64,000 nt of DNA from an uncultured virus (IMG/VR IMGVR_UViG_3300027631_002940) (Duplodnaviria > Heunggongvirae > Uroviricota > Caudoviricetes), in the IMG/VR virus record IMGVR_UViG_3300027631_002940, one strand, 5' to 3'. Of the stretch, positions 1 to 9,516 are shown one piece after another. The position numbers and the translations under genes were made by a program. The notes under the pieces were generated by a model. That model did no database searches, was not told the origin of the DNA, and saw only the letters and a list, made by a program, of their open reading frames with translations. Positions within the stretch are counted from its first letter, which is position 1, and the number at the start of each line of letters is the position of its first letter.

Positions 1-2
1 CA

Positions 3-1427
3 AATACAATTGATGGCAGTTTATTTGAATACATCCATTCTCATGATAAAGGTAATCTAGCAGCTAAATTTGAGTGGGGGATTTGTAGAGGAGATTCTAC
101 AGACTGGTCAGATTTCTATACTATCAAATCTGGTAGAAATGGTGTTATGCCTAATAGACAATCTTCTATTCTATACACTGACCCACTAAGCAGATCAGAC
201 CTAAAAACTACTACTACAGATTATTTTATATATCAGGTTTATGAATCTTCTGGTAGTACAGCTTCTTGGACTGACACTGATGACGTTACTATTTATATTA
301 ATGGTTTAGGAGTTGGCAAAAATTCAAATTACTATTCTTTGGATTCTGCTAATGGATTGATTTATTTCACATCAGAAAAACCTGTCACTGCTATTATTAC
401 AGTAGATATAGTAACACCTGAGTCAGCTGTTAACTATAATGGTGAAACAACGTCTACTATAGATAATAGAACATATTACCTAGCAAATGGTAGATGGCCT
501 AGTGATAGCAGTGTAGTAGTTCTAGTTAATGGTTCTATAGTAAGAGGCGGATATTTTACTAATAGAGAAATGGGTACTGTTACATTTACTAAAGAATTAA
601 ACTTTACAGATATTGTCACTGTATTTGTTCTTCCGTCAAATAAATTTAGAGTTGGCGTAAAAATTTCTAAATACACTAACTCTACTGTAGATTATCAAAA
701 GTTTGGTTTGACATATACTAGTGTAGCGAATAAAGAAGTTGAATTGGATTTCTTATCCTCACCGTCTCCTACAATATATCCTGACTCATTGTCACTATTG
801 CCATCTCCTGCTATTTCAACAGAGAGAATATATATAGATTATGATTTTGTTTCTGAAGAAAACAATAAGGAATTAAATAGTAGAACAGAATGGTATAGAA
901 GAAGAGGCGGCGGATCTTTCTTAAGAGTCAATGCTTCTAACTCCTTACCGAATTATGATAATAGAACAGTTGAAAAATTATCAGATATTAATAGCTTGTT
1001 TATTGAGAATGATCAGGTTAAAGTTATTGTGTATCCATCTGACGGTTTAACAGAAGGTGTATCTTATGAATCTTTACCTGTTACAATCGGTGGTAATAAA
1101 AAACCTTATGTCAAATCCTTAACTATTACTGGTGCTGGTAAAGTAATTACTAGTGGTGTAAATTATATTTCACCAAATGTAGAACTAAAAGCAAAATATA
1201 TTTTCAATGATGGCGAAACAGGTAGTAGCGATATTACTATAGAGGGTATAGATTCTACATCTATTATCAATTGGTATGTAAATGATTCTAAAACATCTAT
1301 TTACACTGGTTCTATATTACCATCTAAGTATGTCAGCTCTGGCATTGTTATCTCTTACAGAATTACTCCATATGACGGAACACTTTATGGCACGTTGGTT
1401 CAGTCTGAAGATATTACTGTTTATTAA
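3..1427 (+). CDS. C-terminal part of a large virion-type (baseplate/tail-like, Ig-like beta-rich) protein; 5'-truncated by the window edge
   Basis: The frame is open from base 3 (AAT ACA ATT GAT...) with no stop before the ATG at 147, so the true start lies upstream. The protein is S/T/Y/N-rich, with repeated 'V.PSDG...G...ES..VTI' / 'ITPYDG...G...QS..IT' Ig-like ends. Confidence 0.6.
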   Translation, partial: NTIDGSLFEYIHSHDKGNLAAKFEWGICRGDSTDWSDFYTIKSGRNGVMPNRQSSILYTDPLSRSDLKTTTTDYFIYQVYESSGSTASWTDTDDVTIYINGLGVGKNSNYYSLDSANGLIYFTSEKPVTAIITVDIVTPESAVNYNGETTSTIDNRTYYLANGRWPSDSSVVVLVNGSIVRGGYFTNREMGTVTFTKELNFTDIVTVFVLPSNKFRVGVKISKYTNSTVDYQKFGLTYTSVANKEVELDFLSSPSPTIYPDSLSLLPSPAISTERIYIDYDFVSEENNKELNSRTEWYRRRGGGSFLRVNASNSLPNYDNRTVEKLSDINSLFIENDQVKVIVYPSDGLTEGVSYESLPVTIGGNKKPYVKSLTITGAGKVITSGVNYISPNVELKAKYIFNDGETGSSDITIEGIDSTSIINWYVNDSKTSIYTGSILPSKYVSSGIVISYRITPYDGTLYGTLVQSEDITVY

Positions 1428-1480
1428 AGGAACTTAGTATATAAACTAAGGAAATTTTATAGTAGTACAAGGAGAATAAA

Positions 1481-2401
1481 ATGGAAGACAATATCAAGTT
1501 CATTCCTGATGAAGAATTAGTTCCGATTCATGTAATGCAATCTTTTTCACAAGTTGTTGACTGGGGTTTGATGCAAAGCTCAATTCCTGAAGCATGGAAA
1601 TATACCATGGGTGAAGGTATTAACGTAGCTATTCTTGACACTGGTATTGCAGATCATCCTGACATGGAAGGTGCTCTTTTGCCACCTTTGAATTTTTCGG
1701 GAGAAAATGACCATCTTGATAGAAACGGTCACGGTACCCATTGTGCATCAATTGTTGCTGCAAGAAACAATGAATTGGGCATGGTTGGCGTTGCTCCAGG
1801 CTGTAATATTATATCTGTAAAGGTTCTCGGCAATAATGGCTCCGGCTCTTATGATGGAATTATTGCGGGTATTCAAGGCGCTATGGATGCTGGTGCCGAT
1901 ATTATTAGTATGTCCCTTGGTTCTCCTACAGAAGCCCCAATAGCTCTACATGAAAAAATAAAAGAAGCTACAAATAGAGGCATTATTGTTTTAGCAGCAG
2001 CCGGAAATGATGCCGGGAGAACAAATTATCCTGCTAGATATGATGAAGTTATTGCTGTCGCTGCTTTGGATAGAACTGGTAATTTGGCTCATTTTTCCAG
2101 TAGATCTGATGAAGTAGATGCTGTAGCTCCTGGGGTTGATATTTATGCATGTCACTTAAACAAAGGATATGCAAAGTTAAATGGCACTAGTCAAGCATGC
2201 CCGTTTATGGCTGGTGTTTGTGCTTTATTATTAGCATGGTCAAGAAAAACACCCGATGTTCCATTGATCAAGAATTACCAAGATATGTTGCAAAGATTAG
2301 ATGATGTTTGCGACAAAGATAGTAATAATGTTTCTCTTGGAAGATCTGGTGAATGGGGATTTGGTATTCCATCTTTTGCTAATAATAAATTTAGACCGTA
2401 A
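1481..2401 (+). CDS. Subtilisin-family (S8) serine protease with no signal peptide
   Basis: Catalytic triad motifs VAILDTG, HGTHCAS and GTSQACP, oxyanion motif AAAGN; SD AAGGAG upstream. Confidence 0.93.
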   Translation: MEDNIKFIPDEELVPIHVMQSFSQVVDWGLMQSSIPEAWKYTMGEGINVAILDTGIADHPDMEGALLPPLNFSGENDHLDRNGHGTHCASIVAARNNELGMVGVAPGCNIISVKVLGNNGSGSYDGIIAGIQGAMDAGADIISMSLGSPTEAPIALHEKIKEATNRGIIVLAAAGNDAGRTNYPARYDEVIAVAALDRTGNLAHFSSRSDEVDAVAPGVDIYACHLNKGYAKLNGTSQACPFMAGVCALLLAWSRKTPDVPLIKNYQDMLQRLDDVCDKDSNNVSLGRSGEWGFGIPSFANNKFRP

Positions 2402-2476
2402 CTGAGGAAGAGCAAGTCTCAAAATAAAAATGTACTCAGCTCTTCTCCAATGTAACTCATAAAAACTGGAGAAGAG
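2402..2476 (+). promoter_or_regulatory. Alternative stem-loops that can sequester the RBS of the signal peptidase gene
   Basis: CTCTTCTCCA (2440-2449) is the exact reverse complement of TGGAGAAGAG (2467-2476, contains the SD). GAAGAGC (2407-2413) can pair with GCTCTTC (2439-2445) instead. Confidence 0.45.
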
Positions 2477-2479
2477 AAT

Positions 2480-2938
2480 ATGAAATTGAAATATAGTTTA
2501 ATAATTATATTTTTAGCTATTTCTGTGTATTTATTGGCTTATAGGCCGTTTAGAGTAGTAATGGTTATTGGAGAATCAATGACACCTACTCTAAAACCAT
2601 TTCAATTAGTTTTAGCTTATAAAACAGATAAACTAAAAACAGGCGATGTGGTTATTATCGATAGTATTGAAGCAGAAACATTAATAAAAAGAATAAAATA
2701 TGCGTCTGGTGATAAATACTCTTATTATATGGATTATTCTGGCATGATTTTGATGCCAGATAATAAAAAAGATCTTTATAATTTCTTACAAAATCATCAT
2801 AATTACAATAGAGTTATGACTTTTCAAATAAAAAAAGATTATTATTTTGTTTTGGGTGATAATCTAGAAAATTCTGATGATAGTAGAAGATTTGGCCCAG
2901 TAGCTAAATCTTACATAAAATATAAGGTTATTATGTAA
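2480..2938 (+). CDS. lepB: Signal peptidase I (S26 family)
   Basis: N-terminal TM segment, catalytic Ser box GESMTPTL, catalytic Lys box LIKRI, box E YFVLGDN..NSDDSR.FGPV. Confidence 0.9.
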   Translation: MKLKYSLIIIFLAISVYLLAYRPFRVVMVIGESMTPTLKPFQLVLAYKTDKLKTGDVVIIDSIEAETLIKRIKYASGDKYSYYMDYSGMILMPDNKKDLYNFLQNHHNYNRVMTFQIKKDYYFVLGDNLENSDDSRRFGPVAKSYIKYKVIM

Positions 2939-3615
2939 TGTCATTTAAGTTAAGTGTTGATTTAATCGAGTGGAATATGAAAGCTGCCCAAAAGGTCAGT
3001 GATCCCATTAAAGAAGTAATCCAGGATGCAATCAAAGCCAGTTGTACTATTTACGTTAAAACAGGTAAAGAACAATGGACAGGTAGTGGTTTTCATTTAG
3101 GTAATGGATATATTGCTACTGCTGGTCATGTTGCTCCAGAAGATCTAAAATCAATGGGAGCTCAGATTATAATCACATTTGACGGACAATCATTATATGA
3201 AGCTAGTGTAGTTTTAAGCAGTGATGAATATGACAGCGCTGTATTGTATTGCCAAGATATTGCTAGAATCGTACCTTCAGTTAATTTAGCAGATTCTGAT
3301 ACAGTGGAAATAGGCGATATAATTGCTGTCATTGGTGCTCCAGAGGGCTGGCAAGACACAGCAACGGTTGGCAGAGTAAGTAATATTCACCAATCTGTTC
3401 CTGGTGATGCTGGCCCTTCTTGGCAAGATATTATTTTTATTGATGCTGATATTCTGCAAGGAGTATCAGGCGGAATGGTTATTGGTACTGACGGTCTCGT
3501 AATAGGACATGTTATAGGTGTAACTGGGCAACACGCAGATGTAGGTGTGGGCGAAAATTCTGTATGCCCTATCAACAAGCTAAAATTATTACTTAATTCA
3601 ATTTCTAGCGTATAA
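2938..3615 (+). CDS. Trypsin-like (S1C/HtrA-type) serine protease without PDZ domain
   Basis: GSGF...YIATAGHV (His), YDSAVL (Asp), [11 protein letters not shown] (Ser), IAVIGAPEG...T.TVGRVS; TAATG overlap with the upstream gene. Confidence 0.88.
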   Translation: MSFKLSVDLIEWNMKAAQKVSDPIKEVIQDAIKASCTIYVKTGKEQWTGSGFHLGNGYIATAGHVAPEDLKSMGAQIIITFDGQSLYEASVVLSSDEYDSAVLYCQDIARIVPSVNLADSDTVEIGDIIAVIGAPEGWQDTATVGRVSNIHQSVPGDAGPSWQDIIFIDADILQGVSGGMVIGTDGLVIGHVIGVTGQHADVGVGENSVCPINKLKLLLNSISSV

Positions 3616-3622
3616 TATATGT

Positions 3623-4624
3623 GTGGACTACTATTCAATTTTAGGCGTAGATAAAAACGCATCTCAAGACGATATCAAAGCTTCATATCGCAAATTAGCA
3701 AGACAATTTCACCCAGACGTAAATAAAGAATCTGGTGCTGAAGAAAAGTTTAAGCAATTGGGTGAAGCATATTCTGTATTATCTGACCCAAATAAAAGAC
3801 AACAGTACGATAATCCTCAGCAGTTTAGACCTCAACAATCTGGGTTTGATCCATTCGGTTTTGATCCATTCTCAAATCCATTTCAAAGACAGCCACAACA
3901 AAATAATAGAAATATGCCTGTGTCAGTAAACATAGGACTATCATTAAAAGAAATTTATAATTCTGTTGAAAAAACAATTAATTATTCTAGAAATGTATGT
4001 TGCCATGATTGTTCTGGAAAAGGTGGATCTGGGTCTAAAAATATATGTCAACAATGCCAAGGTAGGGGCAGAAACATACAACAGATTCATGAGGGTATGT
4101 ATGTTCATGTAGTTGATTCTGGACCTTGTCAAGTTTGTAATGGTAATGGAATGATGTATTCATCTCCATGTTTAAAATGTAATGGAGCGGGATTCAAAAA
4201 TGAGAATTCATCCGTTACAGTTACTACAAAACATGGTATTTTATTTGATAATATTATTTTATCTGGTAAAGGTAATCATGTAGATCCAAACCAACAACCT
4301 GCTCCATTAATTATAGAATTTTATTTGGCTGATAATTCATTCCAATTTGATCAACAAGGTAATGGGATTAAGGAATATTTTATTAATCCAATTGAAGCTT
4401 TATTGGGCGACGAAATGGAAGTTGTTATGCCCGATGAAACACAATCTAAAATGAGAATACCTGCACACACCGCAAATAATCATATGTTTAGATTTGCAAA
4501 TAAAGGGTTACCAAGACCTAATGGATTTGGTGATTTCTTCGTCAAAATTTTGTATAAAAACCCTGATAGTATAACCGATAAGCAGAAAGAAATATTACAA
4601 AGTTATCTTGAGACTTTGAAGTGA
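3623..4624 (+). CDS. dnaJ: DnaJ (class A-like J-domain co-chaperone)
   Basis: DYYSILGV...HPD J-domain, short G/F/Q-rich linker, four CxxCxGxG zinc motifs and a C-terminal substrate-binding region; GTG start. Confidence 0.95.
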   Translation: MDYYSILGVDKNASQDDIKASYRKLARQFHPDVNKESGAEEKFKQLGEAYSVLSDPNKRQQYDNPQQFRPQQSGFDPFGFDPFSNPFQRQPQQNNRNMPVSVNIGLSLKEIYNSVEKTINYSRNVCCHDCSGKGGSGSKNICQQCQGRGRNIQQIHEGMYVHVVDSGPCQVCNGNGMMYSSPCLKCNGAGFKNENSSVTVTTKHGILFDNIILSGKGNHVDPNQQPAPLIIEFYLADNSFQFDQQGNGIKEYFINPIEALLGDEMEVVMPDETQSKMRIPAHTANNHMFRFANKGLPRPNGFGDFFVKILYKNPDSITDKQKEILQSYLETLK

Positions 4625-4634
4625 GGATAAAATT

Positions 4635-4850
4635 ATGTCAATGATTAAGCGAGCTACTGGATCTATTCAGTCTTTTACATCTGAAGAGGGCGTAGAAGAA
4701 GAGATTAAGGTTGTAGAATCTGATGAAACACAGCCAGCTCCACAATCTATTATTGTTAAAGATGTATTGGACATTCCATTAGTAACATCTATGGATTTAG
4801 ATATCAATGCTACTGATGAAAGTGATGATGTAGTAGCTAAGGACTGCTAA
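4635..4850 (+). CDS. Small acidic hypothetical protein
   Basis: SD GAGGA upstream; packed tightly between neighbouring genes. Confidence 0.7.
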   Translation: MSMIKRATGSIQSFTSEEGVEEEIKVVESDETQPAPQSIIVKDVLDIPLVTSMDLDINATDESDDVVAKDC

Positions 4851-5321
4851 ATGGATATACTTCAGCGAGCAGGTGTTCTTGATAAAATTATGAACACCTT
4901 ATATCATGTTGGTAAAGATCATATTATTTTAGTAATCAGCTTTATTTTAGCTGTTTTACTTCTTCCATTTATTGCAAAAAGATTTAAAACAGAATCTGAT
5001 TACGTATACAAAGTGTTATTGTTAGTCAAAAGTGTATTGGGTTCAAAACTTGGTACTAAAGGTCAAGTAATTTTAGATGCTTGGGCTGAAGGTATCAAAC
5101 GAGCTTCTGATGGTACATTTGATGGTGCTGACAAAGTTGATCAACTAATTAGATTTCTCAAAATCGTTGCATCTCAAAATAATATTGAATTATCAGAGAC
5201 AGATGTAGCTATTATTACTGAATTAGCGGAAACATCTCTTAGTATGCTTCAAGGCCAGAAAAAGATTGATATTGCAGTGGGTGTGGATAAATTTCAATCA
5301 ATGTCTCATGTAATTGCATAA
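4851..5321 (+). CDS. Hypothetical membrane protein with a single N-proximal TM helix
   Basis: Hydrophobic run IILVISFILAVLLLPFIA followed by KR; abuts the upstream stop codon. Confidence 0.7.
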   Translation: MDILQRAGVLDKIMNTLYHVGKDHIILVISFILAVLLLPFIAKRFKTESDYVYKVLLLVKSVLGSKLGTKGQVILDAWAEGIKRASDGTFDGADKVDQLIRFLKIVASQNNIELSETDVAIITELAETSLSMLQGQKKIDIAVGVDKFQSMSHVIA

Positions 5322-5342
5322 ATCGCATGAGCATGATATTAT
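5314..5342 (+). promoter_or_regulatory. sigma70-like promoter for the helicase gene
   Basis: TTGCAT (5314-5319), 17-nt spacer, TATTAT (5337-5342) with TGn extended -10; ATG only 9 nt after the -10 box. Confidence 0.5.
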
Positions 5343-5351
5343 TATTGTGAA

Positions 5352-7163
5352 ATGGTTGAAATTCACGTAAACAATCACGCATGCTTTATTGTAGGGTCAT
5401 TTTCGGATGACCCTTTTTATTCTAATTCTGTACATAATGAAATCAAAAAAGCATTATCTTACAAAGTACCGAATCATGAATGGTCTGAAAAATATAAGCA
5501 AGGCATTTGGGATGGTACGATTTCAATTTATAATCGTAAGCTAAGTCAATTTCCAACAGGATTGCTTTATAGGGTTATTGGATTATTAGATGAGCTCAAT
5601 GTTGAGCATAAAATTATAGATAATCGTAAAAGACCTAAAAAGGTTTACCCTTTAACATTAGATTTAGGTAATCGTACATTAAGAGATTACCAAAAACTCT
5701 CAGCAGAAAAATTTGCAGAAACTGGCACTGGTATTCTTGCTTTAGCTACTGGTGCTGGTAAAACATTAACTTCTTGCTACTTGTTTACCCAAATACAAAC
5801 TTACCCTGTTGTATTTATTGTTCCAGCCTTAGAATTGCTTAATCAAACTCAAAAAGAATTTGAAAAGTATTTAAGATTAGATGGTAAACCAGTTAAGGTA
5901 GGGAAAATTGGTGGTGGTGTAGTTGATATCAATATGGAAGGTATCAATGTCTGCACTTATCAAACTATTCTTACAGCATACAATAAAAAATATAATGAAA
6001 AGCAATATAAGATTGTTGAATCTAAAGATGGCGATGGTCCTAAATCTACCGAACAACTTCAAAAAGAATTTGATTTAGCTACAAAAAAGTGGAAGATTTC
6101 AGAAAATAATGCAAAAAGAGATTTATCTACATTATCATTAAGTATAGAGAATACTCAAAAGCAGATAGAAATAGAACAAGATCCCAAAAAGAAGAAAACA
6201 TTAACTACTTCATTAGCTAATCTTGAAAAACAATATAATAAAGATTTCGCTTCTAAAGTTAAAGTTGATTTAGCAGCATATAAAAAAGCTCAAACTGCAT
6301 GGGATAATAGACAAAAGATATTATATGAAAAATCACAAGTAAGAGATCTTATTTCTTCATGTAAAGGCTTTATTGTAGATGAAGCGCATTTGGCTGCAGT
6401 AGTTGTAGAAGAATTAAGATCTTTTGCACAAGAAGCTTTTTATTGTGGCGGAATGTCAGCAACTCCATATCGAACAGACAATCAAGAAATTCGTATAGAA
6501 GGTGCTTTAGGCGGGAAAATATACGAAGTAAGTAATAGTGATTTAATCGATAGGAAGTTCTTAGTACCTCCCAAAATCTTTATGGTTGAGATAGAAGAAT
6601 TTTCAACACCTCAAACATATGCTGACGCTTATGAGCAAAATATTGTAAATTCTTGGGAAAGAAACTATAGAATTAAACAATTTGCCGAATCTTTCAAAGA
6701 GGCTGGTTTACCTGTATTAATTTTAGTTGAAAGAAGAGAACATGGATTTATATTAGAATCTATGATTGAAGATGCAGTATTTGTTCCTGGTGGTGATAAG
6801 GGTGAAATAGACCCAACAGATGAAGAAAAGAATTACCGCAGAAGAATGCTTAATTCTGTGGAAAATAATGAAATAGTATTGATAGCTACACAATGGGCCA
6901 ATACAGGTGTAGATGCCCCTAAAATAGCCACTTTAATCATAGCTGGATCTTGCGCTTCTCCAGTTACAACATATCAGCAAGTAGGTAGAGTTCTAAGATG
7001 TGTAGGGCGAGATGCTAATGAATCTACACTAAACGGTAAACCATATGCTGTAGTGATAGATTTTTATGATCAACACAAGAATCTTAAAACCCATTCTAAT
7101 ATGAGGAAAAGGGTTTATAGATACGAAAGATCATGGGATTTTAAAATGATAAAGGCTACATAG
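5352..7163 (+). CDS. Superfamily 2 DEAH helicase (UvsW/XPB-Rad25-like) with a coiled-coil insertion
   Basis: Q-motif LRDYQ, Walker A LATGAGKT, motif Ia IVP..ELL.Q, Walker B IVDEAH, motif III SAT, motif V GVDAP, motif VI QQVGRVLR. Confidence 0.9.
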   Translation: MVEIHVNNHACFIVGSFSDDPFYSNSVHNEIKKALSYKVPNHEWSEKYKQGIWDGTISIYNRKLSQFPTGLLYRVIGLLDELNVEHKIIDNRKRPKKVYPLTLDLGNRTLRDYQKLSAEKFAETGTGILALATGAGKTLTSCYLFTQIQTYPVVFIVPALELLNQTQKEFEKYLRLDGKPVKVGKIGGGVVDINMEGINVCTYQTILTAYNKKYNEKQYKIVESKDGDGPKSTEQLQKEFDLATKKWKISENNAKRDLSTLSLSIENTQKQIEIEQDPKKKKTLTTSLANLEKQYNKDFASKVKVDLAAYKKAQTAWDNRQKILYEKSQVRDLISSCKGFIVDEAHLAAVVVEELRSFAQEAFYCGGMSATPYRTDNQEIRIEGALGGKIYEVSNSDLIDRKFLVPPKIFMVEIEEFSTPQTYADAYEQNIVNSWERNYRIKQFAESFKEAGLPVLILVERREHGFILESMIEDAVFVPGGDKGEIDPTDEEKNYRRRMLNSVENNEIVLIATQWANTGVDAPKIATLIIAGSCASPVTTYQQVGRVLRCVGRDANESTLNGKPYAVVIDFYDQHKNLKTHSNMRKRVYRYERSWDFKMIKAT

Positions 7164-7175
7164 AGTAGCCTTTAT
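7149..7175. terminator. Probable bidirectional terminator hairpin between convergent genes
   Basis: ATAAAGGCTAC-ATAGA-GTAGCCTTTAT, a perfect 11-bp stem over the helicase stop codon. Confidence 0.65.
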
Positions 7176-7177
7176 TG

Positions 7178-7252
7178 TTAGTCAACCTTGAAATTGAATA
7201 CAGCACTATATACTGCTTCAAGCAATTCTTCAAATTCTTTTAAGAATCTCAA
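7178..7252 (-). CDS. Small ORF missed by the track, 24 aa MRFLKEFEELLEAVYSAVFNFKVD (34 aa if the upstream in-frame ATG is used)
   Basis: SD AAGGAG 7 nt before a TTG start, TATAAT upstream (7321-7326 on - strand), stop immediately before the hairpin. Confidence 0.5.
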   Translation of the reverse strand: MRFLKEFEELLEAVYSAVFNFKVD

Positions 7253-7410
7253 TGTCTTTCTCCTTCTTATATTATTTCCCATCAACGGAATATAAGATTC
7301 GACATTGAAACTTACATATGATTATACTGTACTGAATAGCATAACACCTAGAGGAAGCTATCTATTTTCTTAAAGAATATTACTCTTATCAACAAAAAAA
7401 GGCATATATC

Positions 7411-7761
7411 ATGAGAACACAGACTATTGTTGGAAAACCTAAATCATGCTTAAACCGTAATTGTCATTCTCCATTTTATAAAGAGTCCCATTTAGGCTGG
7501 CTTCCGAAATCAGAAGTGGAAGCTTATGCAATTATGAGATGTCCGAAATGTAAGGATACTTTTGCTGTTGTCCAATTAATGTCCATGGTATATGAATATA
7601 AAAATTCATTACCTAAAGACCCTAATAATGAGTTTAATCCTTCTTCTATATCATCAACAGAAATCAATAATTTCAGAAAGAAATTAGATGATTCTGATGC
7701 TTTAAAGAAAATATTTGAAGGCTTATATCCTGGTGGTAGCCTTTTTGATCCTGAAGAATAG
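7411..7761 (+). CDS. Zinc-ribbon hypothetical protein
   Basis: CLNRNC ... CPKC cysteine pairs. Confidence 0.7.
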   Translation: MRTQTIVGKPKSCLNRNCHSPFYKESHLGWLPKSEVEAYAIMRCPKCKDTFAVVQLMSMVYEYKNSLPKDPNNEFNPSSISSTEINNFRKKLDDSDALKKIFEGLYPGGSLFDPEE

Positions 7762-7791
7762 CTTGTATAATTGCCATAGAGGGTAATTATT

Positions 7792-9516
7792 ATGGCAGTA
7801 GTAGGCATTGATTTAGGAACAACAAATTCATTAATTTCTTATATTAACAAGAATGGCATCCCTGAAGTAATCCCAAATTCAATTGGTTTTCGCACTACCC
7901 CATCTATTATCAGCTTTACTCCTGAGGGCGAAATATTTGTCGGTAGGGAAGCTGTAGATAACGAAACTTATTATCCAGAAACTACTTTTAGATCTGTTAA
8001 AAGATTCATGGGTACTAATCATAGATTTAATGTCTATGAAAAGATATATTCCCCCGAAGAATTATCTGCAGAAATACTAAAGAAATTAAAACAAGACGCA
8101 GAAACATTTTTAGGCGAATCTATTGAAGGAGCTGTCATAACGGTACCAGCTTATTTTAACAATGATCAACGACAATCTACAAAAATAGCTGGTGAATTAG
8201 CGGGTTTAAAGGTTATGAGAATTATTAATGAACCTACAGCTGCTTCTTTATCTTATGGATTAGATAAAAGTATAAATCAAACTGTTTTAGTATATGATCT
8301 TGGCGGTGGTACTTTTGATGTAACTATTCTCAAGATTTCTGATGGTATGGATTTTCATGTATTATCAACTTCAGGAGATACAAATTTAGGTGGAGATGAT
8401 TTTGATATCGCAATTATTGAAATGATTGCTGATAAATGTAATATCAATAGTTCTGACCTAAACACTGAACAATATGTAAGAATTAGAGATGCAGCAGAAA
8501 AAGCTAAAAAAGATCTTACATTCAAGGACAGTACGAGAATCAATCTTCATTATTTTCATTTTGTAGATGACCGCCCACAAGATATTAGATGTATTATTAC
8601 TAGAGAAGAATTTAATGAAAAAATTGCACCATTTGTAGATAAAACAAAAAAATGTGTGTCTTCTGCAATTTTTGATGCGGGATTGAAATTTGCAGATATT
8701 AATGAAGTGGTATTTGTCGGAGGATCAACTAGAGTTCCCTTTATTACAGAAGAAATTAAAAAGCTTACTGGCAAAAATCCTAATAAAACAATTAATCCCG
8801 ATGAAGCTGTTTCTGTAGGAGCCTGTATTCAAGCTGATGTTCTTACTGGTAAATCCGATAAGATGGTATTTCTTTTAGACGTAACTCCATTATCTTTAGG
8901 CGTAGAAATACAGGGCGGATTAATGAATAAGATGATTAGTAGAAATACATCTATTCCAGCCAAGTATACAGAAGTATTTACTACAGCATACGATAATCAA
9001 GAAGAAGTAGATGTCAAAGTGTTTCAAGGAGAAAGACCTAGAACAGAAGACAATATTCTTTTAGGTGAATTCAAGTTAGACAATTTAAAGAAACAACCTA
9101 GAGGCGTTACTAAAATTGAAGTGACATTTGAATTAGATTCGGATGGTATTTTATCTGTCAAAGCCCAAGATGAAACTACAGGGAATCAAAAGGATATTGT
9201 ATTAACTGGACAATCTTCATTATCGTCAGACCAAATTAAAAAACTGTTAGAAGATTCAGAAAAATTCAAAGCAGAAGATGAAGAATTTATTTATCATAAA
9301 AATCTTGAATACACAATTAATGATTTGATTATGCAAGTGGAAGAATTAATTAGAGTTCAAAAAAATAATGATGAATTAAAAGATATTTTGAAATCCTTAC
9401 AAGAAGTATCTGATTTTAAGAATAAAGAATTTATTAACGGATTGATAGAATCTGTAAAGGAGGATATATTAGAGATAAGCGATTTAATTTACAAGAAAGC
9501 AAAATCTTTAGTATGA
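7792..9516 (+). CDS. dnaK: Hsp70 chaperone DnaK
   Basis: GIDLGTTNS, VITVPAYF, INEPTAA, YDLGGGTFDV, VGGSTRVP, LLDVTPLSLG, VFQGER. Confidence 0.96.
   Translation: MAVVGIDLGTTNSLISYINKNGIPEVIPNSIGFRTTPSIISFTPEGEIFVGREAVDNETYYPETTFRSVKRFMGTNHRFNVYEKIYSPEELSAEILKKLKQDAETFLGESIEGAVITVPAYFNNDQRQSTKIAGELAGLKVMRIINEPTAASLSYGLDKSINQTVLVYDLGGGTFDVTILKISDGMDFHVLSTSGDTNLGGDDFDIAIIEMIADKCNINSSDLNTEQYVRIRDAAEKAKKDLTFKDSTRINLHYFHFVDDRPQDIRCIITREEFNEKIAPFVDKTKKCVSSAIFDAGLKFADINEVVFVGGSTRVPFITEEIKKLTGKNPNKTINPDEAVSVGACIQADVLTGKSDKMVFLLDVTPLSLGVEIQGGLMNKMISRNTSIPAKYTEVFTTAYDNQEEVDVKVFQGERPRTEDNILLGEFKLDNLKKQPRGVTKIEVTFELDSDGILSVKAQDETTGNQKDIVLTGQSSLSSDQIKKLLEDSEKFKAEDEEFIYHKNLEYTINDLIMQVEELIRVQKNNDELKDILKSLQEVSDFKNKEFINGLIESVKEDILEISDLIYKKAKSLV

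Noticed and set aside
4851..5321. Holin
   Set aside because: A single TM helix fits, but there is no adjacent endolysin or recognisable family motif, so it is left as a membrane protein.
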